DNA from: Seison nebaliae
Taxonomy: Eukaryota
DNA length: 64,000 nt
Direction: 5' to 3'
Assembly: GCA_023231475.1 (NCBI GenBank)
Contig: JALJEE010002570.1
Span: 1-64,000 of the forward strand
The translations under genes were made by a program, and so were the position numbers. The stretch's first letter is position 1. Each line of letters opens with the position of its first letter. This document shows positions 51,549 through 64,000 of this stretch, in pieces. Under the pieces are notes generated by a model. That model was not told the origin of the DNA, did not search any database, and saw nothing but the letters and a program-made list of their open reading frames with translations.

Positions 51549-54500
51549 ATGGATATTCAAATCGATGAATCTGGTTTTGATCCCGATACTTATATGCGAC
51601 ATCTCATAAAAGTTCTGACTACTATTTATTTCAAAAGATAATCAACTTAAAAATTTAGACGAAAAAATTACCAGAGTTAATCGATCGAGAAAGTGAATTA
51701 TGTAAGGAAATAAAGAACATTGGAAGTGATATGCAAACACTCGTTTATGAAAATTACAATAAATTTATAACAGCCACTGATACTATTCAACAAGTTATTA
51801 GATTCATGATGGAAATTTGTAATTATTTTAAAAGATGAAAACTGAAATTGATAAAATGTCCGATGAAGTCATCAAACTTCGATCGACGATGGATGATGTT
51901 TCTGAATATAATACAAAAATCAGTTCATCGTTGAAAAATCGACGAGATGAGATGTCTCGTGTGGTGGATAAACATAATTTATTGAAAAAAGTTTTTCCAT
52001 TTTTCTTTTCTTCCCAAATTATTTAACGAGAAATTTAAAAAGTTGAAATTCTTCTCTCATTTACCGAATCAACTTCAAGAATTTATCGATGAGAAGAATT
52101 ATGAGATGGCTATCAATTGTTATGAAACTGCAAATAAGAATATCGAACAAGCGACATCGAAGAAATCGTTTAAAACGATTCGTGGAAAATGTGACGAGAA
52201 AATGGAGAGAATTAAAAATAATTTATTTGAACAATTTGATAATCTTCAGGTTTTTTTTTAAATTTATTTTCCTTCAAAAATTTCTTTTCTGTTCCAAAAT
52301 TTCTTTCTCTTATTTCATTTTAGACAAGTGGGAAAGAATTGAGCGAAGTTGTTGGTTTATTGCAGAAGTTGAAGGTGGAAGATAAAATTATCGTTTTGAA
52401 ATTTTTGGAATTGTTTCACATTTCTTTTGGAATTATCTTTTTTGTTTTATTCTATTCTATTGGAAAAAGTCTAGATAAAAAATGTGAAGAAAATTTGAAT
52501 TTAATAAAATCTCGAATTCGAAAATCAAACGAAGTTGTTGATGTTGGGAGAGATGAAGTGATGGTTCCAAGAGTGGAACATTCATCTCATGTGAATGAAC
52601 AACAGAAACAATTGAAAAGTGGAAAGAAGAGATTTGAGAGAATTTGTCAAAATTCTAAAAGGAAATCGAAAAAGACGAATATTCTTCCATCGTTATCTGA
52701 TTCATCATCCAAATCGACAACAGAAGATGAAGAAGAAATATTGAATAAGAAAAATCCATTTTATGATGAGAATGAATTAAAGAGGAGAAAAGAAGAAAAG
52801 AAGAGAATTCGACGAGAAAGAAAACAATCGAATGAGAAGAAATTAAAGATGAGAGAAGTTCTCATCGATAGTGATGAGGAAGATGAAATGGATGAGACGT
52901 CATTCATCGAATATTCCTGCAATTTATTTGTTTATGATTTCACATTATTCATATCTGTTTATCGTGATCGATTCGTGAAACATGAAGATGATTGGAAGGA
53001 GAATGAAGAATTGTTGAAAGAAAAAATTCTCTTTCATTTTTCACAATTCTTTGACATAATCCTTTCCAATATGAAAAATGAAGTTTTCTTAATTATTTCC
53101 TTTCATCTAATGGAAATTTGTTTAAAGATTTTCAATAATCATCGTACGATCGATATCGATGAACGAATTCGTGGAATTGATCGATTATATCGACGATTGA
53201 TTGCAGCAGACAAGATCATTCGATCAAAAGAAATTATCGAGTTTAAACAAACAATTTCCACTTTCTCCTCTAACTTCTATTTAGTCGATGTATATGTTGT
53301 TGTTTAATTGGTTATACAAATTTGGTGGATATGTTTGGAAAATATTTGGAAAGATCATTTATAAGTTCAAATATTTTTCTTATTTTTTAAAGTTAAAGAC
53401 TGAAATGTTCGTTGTAGATTTGATTCTTGTGCTACATGAGAAGAGTCTTCTCATTAATGAGAAGAATGAGAAGAATATAAAATGGATGGAAATCATTGAA
53501 AGTGAATTAAATAAATTTTTGGGAGAAGTTGAGAATGTGTTGAGATTAATGTGTTTGAATGAAATGATTCTTTTGGAACAAGTTCCCATATTGACCAATT
53601 TGATATTGGAGATAATAATCGAACAACGATTATTTGATGTTCTTCATCAATTCATTTTGGATTTTATTAAAGTTTTCGGTTTTATTATGAAAAAAATTTA
53701 TGAGATAAAAATGTTTTTTCTGACAGAAATATTTGTTTGGTGATAAAAGTCCATCGAATTCTTTCTTATTATTAGCAACGTCGAAATTATGTGAAATGAT
53801 AGGAAAATATTATATTTGTCCAATAGTTAAATTTTTTAGCGATAATTTTGAAAATTAAAATTTTTTGGAAATTTTATTAGTATCATATTTATTCTGAATT
53901 ACACGACGAATATGTTAAGGAAGAGATTGGTTCGAATAAAACTGAAAGTATGAAATGTATTCAATATCTCTTATCATTACGAAAAGATTCGGTGAGTCGT
54001 TATAAGAATAATGAATTTATTGACGATGAATTGATGAAATTTGAAAAATTGTCAAAAGTTCAAATTTTATAAATTTTATAATTTTTATAATTTGCTACAG
54101 TTTATCGTTAATCAATATATTCGTTTGACTGGTTATCAATTGGGAACAATGATTGAGAAGAGTACGGAAGCGAGAGATTGGCGTCATGCTCATGAACCAC
54201 GTCAAGTACGAAGTGTTATTCGTCGATTAACAGATGAATTAGTATTGATGGAATCAGATGTAGCACAATTCTTTCCCCCAAAGATTCAACATGATAAAGG
54301 TATCAGCAGTGAGTCATCATCTCACAATCAATTATATATGAAAAATTTTTCTAGTGAAAAAATTAAAAGTCCCTCATCTAATCGAACATCATCGAAATAT
54401 GAAAATGTAAATTATTATCGACAAAATCTTCATGTGACAGCCATTCCTACAACATTACCATCTGCTCGATTGTTTAGTGAACAAATAAAAATTTTCGATA

Positions 54501-54796
54501 ATGAAATTGGTGAGAAAGGCAAATGTGTGAAGAGGGAAGATATCACGAACGGTGTAATAAAAATCATGTTGAAAACATTCATTGAAGCGGTTCGATTGTG
54601 CACATTTAACCAATTCGGATTACAACAAATGCAAGTTGATGCCAATTATTTATTGACTAATCTTTGGACTTATGTTCTCGATGAGACAATGTTACAAGTT
54701 CTCATTGATCAATTGATCAATAGTACGGTGGTGAGATGTCAAGAGAGAAACCCGAAATTAATGGATCCAACAATTGTTGAATCACTTTGCGAATAA
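51549..54796 (+). CDS. VPS51: GARP/EARP complex subunit VPS51 (about 893 aa, ~12 exons)
   Basis: FDPDTY, DMQTLVYENYNKFITATDTI, RDWRHAHEPRQVRSV and LKTFIEAVRLCTFNQFGLQQMQVD. Introns: 51612-51658, 51794-51834, 51991-52042, 52250-52323, 52413-52469, 53083-53127, 53241-53284, 53365-53417, 53672-53726, 53826-53880, 54058-54100. Confidence 0.93.
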
Positions 54797-55020
54797 AATT
54801 TTAATTCGACAGTCCATTGCAAATCATCTATCTTATTCATTATATTCAATTATTTAAGAACATAAATTATTTTTGACCATTTTCAACGTTTTATTTCCAT
54901 TTTATGATGATCATTAAAACAAATCATCAATCTTTCTAATTATTTGCCAACTTAAAAACATTCTAAAATGTCAACTTCAACTTAATTCTATTAAAATTAT
55001 TATAATTCTGTTTTTCAATC

Positions 55021-55727
55021 ATGTCTCACAATGAGAGTGATAAGAATGTGTCAGATATCGACAATGCTACAGATAAAAGCGATGATGAAAAGAGCGATGT
55101 GACATCCGTTAAAATCGAAAAACCGTCGAAGAAAACTAAAAAAGGAAAACCATCTAAAATTTCGAAGTTAATTCAATTAGTTCAGAAATTTAAAAAATTT
55201 GTCGTTTTAGGAAGAAAGATGAGAAACCATTTGGTAACATCGTTTCATGGATAAGTTTCGCTATCCTAATTTTGTCCACTACAGCAATTATCTTTATATT
55301 ATTTATGGTAATTCGGACAATGTGTTAAAATTTCTTTAGTTTTTTTAATTTAATTCTAATTCTATTCTTAAGGTTTACGAAAAGGTTTCCGTAATTCAAT
55401 TAATGGTGATGGCAGAGCAATGTCGGGAAAATTTAGCATGTTATCTATGGAAATGACTCCAGGTAATACTTGTTACAATCAAGCATGTATCCAATTGAAT
55501 AAAATAATAAATGAAGATTGCTTCGGAGAAATGAAACCAATTTCCGTTAATTTAATATCAATTTTATTTTTATTAAATTCTGTTTTAATTCTCTCTTTTA
55601 GAATTGTAATGATGTGACGAAAAGTTGGTTAAGAAATCTGGTAGGAAAATGGAAGAACTCTCCTCGAAGTTCAATTTGTTCATCGAAATTATTGAAAGCG
55701 GGAAAGAAATGGCAGAAGACTTGTTGA
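55021..55727 (+). CDS. Small type II membrane protein with Cys-containing ectodomain (about 185 aa)
   Basis: Introns 55167-55210, 55324-55372 and 55546-55601 give one frame: charged N-terminus, TM IVSWISFAILILSTTAIIFILFMVI, then TCYNQACIQLNKIINEDC...NCNDV. Confidence 0.55.
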
Positions 55728-55939
55728 CTGCAGAAGAATCGAAAATAATTGACGAAAATTACTTCGTAATTTTAAAGAACTTAATTCATTATAATCAAAA
55801 GAAAGAAAGATTTGTTTGATAATATGGACTGAAAATGAATGAGATAAGAAGTTAAAGTCAGATTGAAAAGTTTCTAAATTTTTATTTACAATAAGTGAAG
55901 AATTCGCAAACGAAAAAAAGGATATAAAATTGGTTAGAA

Positions 55940-56876
55940 TTAGAAAAACGTGTGAACATAAATAGAAAGAGAAAAAAGCCAAGCACAATTCAAGTAAGGA
56001 AGTAACGGTCTGTTTGAATTATTATGAAAATATGGAGCACGAAATGCTGAACGAGAAATACTCTCCTTCTCCTCCTTCTTAAGTATTTTCTTTTCCTTTG
56101 AGTTTTGTCGATTTCTTTGTAAATATTTATTTACTGCACGTCTTCGATCCAAATTATATCGATCGTTCAATAATTCTTCAAGAATAAAAGATTATTGATT
56201 TCATTAGGGGGGAGAAAGATTGAATAAAGAAAAACCTTTGAATGTCAAGTTGTTGTTAGTCGTCTTCTTCTGGGGAAGAACATAAAGAACAATGTTTTTC
56301 TTTTTGGATGTTGGATTAACAGTAATTTGACATTGATAGATTCCACTGTCACGTAAACGAACATCAGATATTCTTAAGTTCCATGTTTCACTCACGATAT
56401 CTTCGACACTTGTCCTTTTCGTCAATTTAATCCGACGACGTTGATGATGTTGTTGTTGTTGAGTTACATTACTAACTTTATTTTGAGCACTACTATAAAT
56501 GATTTATAATTAAATAAATAATATTGAGAATAATATTAATAATAGACAACTTTATGCGATGTAGAACTGACATTCTCCAATCGTAATTAAACTGATTCAT
56601 TCCAACAGTTAATGCATTAGGAAATTGACTATTAAATTCTTTCTTTATCCAAATTATCTAAGAAAGAAAAGAAAATTTAATCGAATAAAGTTAAAAACAT
56701 AAATTGCCAACATGCGTTTCAGGTAACAGATTCTTCACTTCACAAGGTAATATTACCTCTTCTCCGACGATTGCATGAATTGTATGATTAATTTTCGTTG
56801 AAACGAATTCCGGATATACATCATTTGATTGACCATAATCAAATAATAAAAGAACGATATTTATAATGAAGAACAT
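55940..56876 (-). CDS. Single Ig-domain cell-surface protein, Dpr/zwei-Ig/lachesin-like (about 254 aa)
   Basis: Signal peptide, PEF...VGEEVILPCEVKNL, IIWIK, ALTVG and WNLRISDVRLRDSGIYQCQI, hydrophobic C-terminus. Introns: 56658-56711, 56493-56550, 56176-56235. Confidence 0.8.
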
Positions 56877-59800
56877 CTACCAATAAAGGAAAATTATCAT
56901 CAATGTTATTTTCATCATCATCATGAAAATTTAGCAGATTAATTTATTTGTATAAAATTCATCGATAAAATTAATCGAAATAAAATGTGAAATAAGATAA
57001 AAATTAAGATTGACTCTCCTCCAATTATATAATATTATGTAACTGAAGCAGATTATTTGAGGCAATATATGGGAATTTTATTAAATTTCTCTCGAAACAG
57101 CAGCTACCCCCAAATATTATCCGCGGAAGACAAACGGAAGCTACTTTTATTTATTACTACTGTTCAGAAACAGTAGGTAATGCTACCAAATGACAGGCAT
57201 CATTTGTCAAACAGACCACTAAATTATGTAACTTTTCTTCTATGTAAATTGATAAAATTAAATGAAAAGTCTCTTCTTCCATACGTTCTCTAAAATTTAT
57301 AGTTTTGGAAAAGAACAATTTTTGTTTGAAAGTAGACAAACTAGAAACAACCAACTACTAGCCACAATCGTCAACGAGAATTTTGTAATGATTCAATGAG
57401 AACCATTTACCATTGGTAGATGTTTAATAGAAATGAATAGAAATCGATCAGTAAACCATTGCAGTTCTGATAATTAGAGATGAACATGTTAAATTAGTTT
57501 AAAAATCCGATTAAACTGAACGAACTAAACAAAAGGAACATAATAGAAATCCTTTAAATCAATTGAATCATGTATCATTCCCGAATCGGATATCTTTCCA
57601 CTAAACTCGAATTAAACTTACATTACTTCATCTTCTCCTCCTAAAAAAAGGAAAATAAAAGGAAAACACAGATGGAGGGACAGGAGGGGAGTAGACATAT
57701 GAAGTTTTGATTCAGTGTTTGATGTTGGATTAGTGATGGGAGAAGACACTTCCAAATGAGAATGAAAGAAGAAAAGAAAAAAAACTTGATCGACAATCAG
57801 TTGTTTAATATGAATCACTCAATATTCAATGCCATATAACGTAGATTTATATGAAAATGTTAATCTGGAACATATATGAATGAAATGCATGTAATCATTC
57901 TCAAAACAGAAAATAAATGAAACAAATAATTTTTTTATATTAATCACGAAAAAAATTTGGAACGAATAACTTCTCTACTGGGAGCGATTTCCACAGTTCA
58001 CTGATTGTATAGAAAAATAAACTATTATTAGAAAGAAGTAGCGAGCATAAGGAGAAGAATACTGTTCATACTTCTATCTATCTATCTATCTATTTCTATC
58101 CATTCAAATATTCTATCCACATCTACTTTTCATACTCATTCACATTACATAACATTATATCTCATTTTGAAGTTGTTAGATTAAAAGGAAAAGAATATAC
58201 TTTCTTTCACAGTCCTTTTCTTTCGGTTATCATGAAATCTATCCTTCGAGTCATCCAGTCTTTCCATATTTATTTTCCAATCCATTTCCTATTACTCCTA
58301 TTAGGGGAGATGATGTTGTATATTAACGAATATGTGATTAGTTCACTAAACTTTAATTTAGTAAATTTCCAGTAAGTGACATGTTCGATCGGTATTTCAA
58401 GTAATAAACTCTACCGAACAGCCATACAACTACTAGACTAAATGAAACAATACTATTATTTGAAATGAATATATATTTCGTCGTGAATAAACGAACTCCA
58501 CCTCATGCTAATTTAAGCGGATACATGCGTTTTGTGCATCATGAGAATAGTTGAGAATTATGCATATTGATATTGATGGGAAAATTGGGGGAATTTGTAT
58601 CGATTCATTAAACTTTTCGTCTCTTCTTCAATCGTTGAACGATTAGCACCTTTCATCTTCTTCGTCTTTTTGTTTATTAATATACTTCTCCCATACAATC
58701 GTCAAGTAATTGCTATGTCAAACAGATTGTGATTATTCTATATCAACATTCAGTTCATTAAAGATTTGTTCATTTTCTTCATCATTTCCACCTAAACAAA
58801 TTCCAATAGAATTTCCAATGGAACTTAATCTTTTCTATTCCAAATCATATCCTTGTACGAGTTACTACTCCATCTGTAGTAGACGTGAATGAGTAGTGTG
58901 AGTAGACGAATACAAAAGTAAAGTAAAGAAACCGTATTTATCAGGTGTTTTCTTTTTTTTCGGAGCATATTTAAATTTCACTTTTCGCCTCTCCTTCTTT
59001 CTTTCCTGCATAATATGACAATAAGTTTTATTGGGTGGCGAAAGACCTTCATGTTGTCGGGTGCGTGAACATGGAAGAATTGTCGAAATGGCAGTATAAT
59101 GACGAGAATCTTACTCGAATGAACGGATGGATGAGTGAGCGAGTATGTGAATGAATAAGTGAATGAATATTATCAATCGATCAAATCATTAAAATAATTG
59201 TTCATTTGCCTTTCACTGAAGAATTTGTTTTTTGACCTCAAAAAATGATGAATTAACCGACGATAATTCTTTTAAATTTCATTAACGACTAAGATTAACT
59301 GATTGCCGATTTATTTCTGTCTATCCTCCGACCTAATGAAATAATTACGAATATTTCAACTATTTCCATTCCGATTCACTTTATGACATTTATTCTCAAC
59401 CGAAACCTTTATCATCCATTATCGACTGATTACCTAGGTCGATAATAATAATGAATCGATTCCATCCTGATTAATATCTATCACTACCATAATAATGAGG
59501 AATATGAATCATCGATTATAATAAATTATGAAGAAAATCATTTAAATATTTGTCGATGACGGAATGGATGGAAATTGATTTTAATTCACATTACATCATC
59601 TAAAAATACATATACAACTCGATCCCAATATAAAAGATACAAGTGTATAAATATATATTATCAACAATTCTATCAATAATTCAAGAGTTCATCAACGAAC
59701 ACCGATTTCTATGTGACTGGAAAAGGAAGTGATAGAGGAAGTTAAGAAACATTATTTCTCGAATAAGATCGATCATCTATGTATTGACATTGAATTGTAT

Positions 59801-61508
59801 ATGCTAATTAAGGAGTGTGTATTGGTGTTGAGAATTATTGGATCCGAATGATTTGCGCGGTTCCAAACAGGAAGAATTCCGAGAAGAAAAGTAGAAAAAA
59901 CGAAAAATATTCTCATTGTTCATCGCTCAATTGAGAATGGGTTTTTAGTCTTTAGATTTTACAAGTATTTACGATTATTATACGATTATTCACATCAATT
60001 CCACTTCTTCATTTGACTGTTGACATAATTCTTAATTCATTCCTTCATCCATCGTCAAACTTCAATCATCATATATGATTCATACTTCAAATCTATTTTG
60101 ATCAATTCATATCTGACTTGATCCTTAACAATATTCGTCGTTGTCGTCGTCGTTGTCAAACACTTGATGTTCAACTGCCTCGATTATTCGTTTAGTGCAC
60201 CATCTTATTTGCTCTTTCATTCAACGAACAATATAATCCTGATTCGTAATGACAAAGAGAAATAGAAAGAAAGAAAACTTCATAAACATCCAGTAGGAGA
60301 ATGAACAATTTATTTATAGTTCGAGTAGTGTGAGCAAGGCTTTACCGAACGGAAGTAGAAGAATATGTAGTAGAAATAGGACTTGCTGTTTAATCGACGC
60401 AATCTGGAAAGATTACGTTATGACGTGAAAAGGAAGCAAGAATAAATTGCAGCAACAGCAGCTTTTATCGAAAATTATTTTCTTCTCTTTGTTGTTTATG
60501 AAATGACGAAGAGATTTATACTTGGAAATTTCGAATATGTTCTTGTCTGAAATTTATATAGTGAACTGAATATATTTGAGAAAACATTAGGAAAATATGA
60601 ATTTCTTTCAAAGATTTAGTTCTTCATGAAATGGAAGGAAGATATAGCAATCGGAGGTTCCATTGAGAAAGCGGAAAAAAGGAGAAAGGTAAAAAGTTAT
60701 AAGATTTTCTTTTTAACGAACTTCCTCCATAACTCCTTTTCCGGATATTGGAACGGACATTAGAAAACGTGAGTGGTAATGAGATTCAGGATAGAGAGTA
60801 GCGTCATTTAGAGAATAAGTGAATCAATTCTGAATGACATTAACTAAATTTTATGACCGGCTAACAAGTGATCGTGATAAAATTGAAATGAATAACTCAC
60901 AAACTTCTCATAATTATCCTTCCTCCAATGGATTGTTTTCGTTTCGAATGAAGTTTCGAGAACTCAAAATGAAGATAATGATAGACATTCATTAATATCA
61001 ACATTAATATCGATATTTCATTTTAGTAAAAATCATTCAATTTATAAATAAGAAGAAATGAAGTTAATCGACGAAGTTCTAGGAAGAAGTGTCGAAAAAG
61101 AAGAGAATATACATGGATAATTGAAAATCCACGGTTACATAAATGAATGATATCACAATTACAATCAGATGGGTTAAAATGTCCATTATTGAATAATCGA
61201 AAACAAGTGCATCAATAATGATGGTTTTATTAATAAGTCTCATATATTTCCCACTGAATCTATTATGATCATTTGGAAAGAATAGTGAAATGAGAAGAAG
61301 AAGAATGGATATGATAGTGGACAAAAGAGGTTATTGTAAATTCAATTGTATAAGTACAATCAATTCATTTGATTGTACTGTACTGTATTGTTTGTAGTAG
61401 ATGGCGATTGCACTCTACTAGTCGTCTATCCATCTAGTCGTCAATGTTTGTAAGATGATGAAAGAATGAATGGTCTGTGCAAATGTTTAATAGAGACACT
61501 TAAGAGAT

Positions 61509-63427
61509 TCATTTCGCCTTTATCTGATTTAATAAAGCTTCATAACGATGTTCATCATAATAATTCTGCTTAGAGAGATAGTTCTCTGGTCGCGAGGTTT
61601 TCAATCCCTTACTAATGAATGATTGTTTGACATAAACCGCAGCAATAGTAATGCCGATTAATAAGCCGACACCAATAAATCCACACACACTCGCCAATAT
61701 CAACGAGGAGAGCCATCTCTTCTTCGTATCAATTTCACAATAGATACCAGTGAAGGGAGGCGGGCAATTGCATTGGAATGAATCGATTCCATCAAGACAT
61801 GTTCCACCATTCTTACACGGTTCTGATACACATTCGTTAATATTGATATCACACAACACTCCGGCATATCCTAAAAATATTTGATATGAATAAAAAGAAA
61901 TAAAGATCAATAAAAGAGTTCTTCCTTAATCCTCCACTATTATGTGGCTGATGTCTAATTTAAAGTGAAGAATAATATTTTGGGATATAAAATTTTCTTA
62001 AAAAAAGGAGAAGTTCATTTATGTGTTCCTGAGAAATAGAAATGAGAATATTAATGAAAATTCATTAATTACAATTTCTCATTCGGCTAATGAGAGGGGA
62101 AGATGAAGAAGGAAGGAATGAATGAATGAATGAATGAATGAACAATTCAAATAAAAACAATGAAAATTTTAGTGGAAGTTTGGTAGAATTATGGTTAATG
62201 ATATAATTTGATCAATATATGATAAATAATCGTTTCGATTATCATTCACTTCCTCATCTGTTTGTTGAATTAACAATTCCTTTTGGCAATGAATATAAAC
62301 GAATAATATTACGAACCTGGTAAACATTTACATTTGTAACTTCCTATTTCGTTAATGCATTTTGAACGATCCGTCGGACAATTATTAGTTAAAGTCGTTA
62401 AACATTCATCAACATCATTCTCACAATGTCTTCCAGTCCACGATGGTTGACATGTACACGTATAACTGCCAGCTGTATTTGTGCATGTTCCAGCATTCTG
62501 ACACAGATTCACTTTTACACATTCGTCATAGTCCGTTTCACATGTAACTCCCATCCAGATATTTGGACAGACACATTTGAATGATCCTTCATAATTTGTA
62601 CAACTTCCTATTTTCATTCCATAATGTAAAATTAATTCATAATCGTGATATAAAACAATCAGGATTGTTCTAACCTCCATTCTGACATATGTTTGGTGCA
62701 CATTCATCAAAGTCAACTTCGCAATTCAATCCCGTCCAATATTGTGTACAAGTACAACTATAAGAGCCTGTCGTGTCAGTACAAGTGGCTCCGTGCAAAC
62801 AAGGTCCTCGACCATAATTGTAAGCCGTGCATTCATTCACATTAGTCTGACAATTCTTTCCTGTCCAACCAAGTAGACAAACACAATAATAATCTCCTAA
62901 AGTATTAACACAAGTTCCCGTATTCTGACAAGGATTAGTTAAACATTCGTCGATCTCACTACTACAATCGGCACCAGTATATCCCGATTCACAATTGCAT
63001 CTAAAAGACGATGCCTGATTAACACAAGTGGAATTGTACTTACAATTATGTATGTGGTAATAGCATTCATTCAAATGACTTTCACATCGACGACCAGTAT
63101 AGTTCCTTTTACAACGACAATGATAATTTCCGTCTTCTCGTCGAACACATGTCGCTCCATAAAGACAAGGATTCGATGCACAAGGATCTATTTCTTCATC
63201 GCATATTTGTCCCGTATATCCATTCATACAATTACAGACGTAAGTTCCAATTCTGTTAGAACAAGTGCCAAAAGCTCCACAGATTGTAGTCAAATACGTA
63301 CACTCATTGATATCACTTGCACAGGTGGAACCAGTATAACCCGGTTTACACTGACAAGAATAGCCTCCAACCAATTCGAAACAACTCCCACCATTACTAC
63401 ATGGATTAGCTGAGCATTCAGTACCAT
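61509..63427 (-). CDS. 3' exons of a Notch/fibropellin/crumbs-like EGF-repeat single-pass membrane protein (5' exons not located)
   Basis: Ten EGF repeats, many calcium-binding (DINEC, DVDEC), then TM LILASVCGFIGVGLLIGITIAAVYV and a short tail. Introns 62608-62674 and 61871-62316; upstream acceptor at 63428. Confidence 0.9.
62116..62142. repeat. (GAAT)n microsatellite in EGF-gene intron
   Basis: Six to seven GAAT units. Confidence 0.85.
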
Positions 63428-64000
63428 CTGAGATGGAAAGTTGTCGACTAAGCGATATCAACTGAACTAAAAAATGTGAGGAAAAAAGTCATTTATCGAA
63501 TGACAAAAAACTTCAACTTAATATCAGAACAATAGACTTGAATTCGAACATTTATACAATTGACTGAAGATTAAATATCTAACTGGTTTTATGGCGACTA
63601 CTAATTCTTTTTAATAATTTCCTGTCAACTAATAATCATTTCTGATCAATAATCAAAGGTTTAATAAATGTTATTCTAGCCCTATGTTAAATTTTCCTTT
63701 AGGCTACTTTCTATTGAATAATGTCGATATATATGGTCGATGTAACTTGTTATTATAAAGATTCTTATAAAGTTTTATGTTTATTGAACTTGGATGTTAA
63801 TTTCAAATTATCAAAATATTCTTCTTAAAAATATTGATATGAATAAAATTAAATGGGTATTATGTCTATGTATCAATCGAATTTGATAACGATTGAAACT
63901 TTCTAAATCATTTAAAATTCTCTTAAGTGATAATTGTGTATTATTTTATTCGTTTGAAATTGAAGCTGACACGAGAAATTTAGGAAAACGTCAGTCTTAA

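Noticed and set aside
42339..54796. Programmed frameshifting, stop-codon readthrough or an alternative genetic code to explain fragmented ORFs
   Set aside because: Every break in NOMO, MLH3, VPS51 and EOGT is resolved by a short GT..AG intron, giving plausible proteins in the standard code.
37603..63427. Functional clustering of EOGT with an EGF-repeat substrate (CxxGxTGxxC sites present)
   Set aside because: The genes are 22 kb and several genes apart and EGF proteins are common, so this is likely coincidence.
1..64000. tRNA, rRNA, snRNA or SL RNA genes
   Set aside because: None recognised by eye; a covariance-model scan would be needed to exclude divergent copies.

Overview
Very AT-rich, gene-dense eukaryotic (metazoan) genomic DNA; no prokaryotic features, rRNA, tRNA or CRISPR array were recognised. 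The window opens with the degenerate 3' end of a non-LTR retrotransposon. It then carries: a giant single-exon CABIN1-like gene, metaxin-2, a tetraspanin-like gene, a short GPATCH4, a LOTUS + zinc-finger gene, a giant single-exon SIPA1L-type RapGAP, EOGT, a CatSper3-like channel, NOMO, a miniature MLH3, VPS51, a small type II membrane protein, a Dpr-like Ig protein, and the 3' part of an EGF-repeat transmembrane protein. The main observation comes from hand reconstruction of intron-exon structures. About 55 of 56 introns start with GTT rather than the canonical GT(A/G)AGT; most are 40-60 nt long, usually lack +5G, and about a quarter end in AAG. This points to a lineage with a rewired splice-site code. 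All gene models and homology calls were made by eye from recalled motifs, with no searches run. A compact-genome invertebrate, possibly a spiralian, is my inference and is not established.
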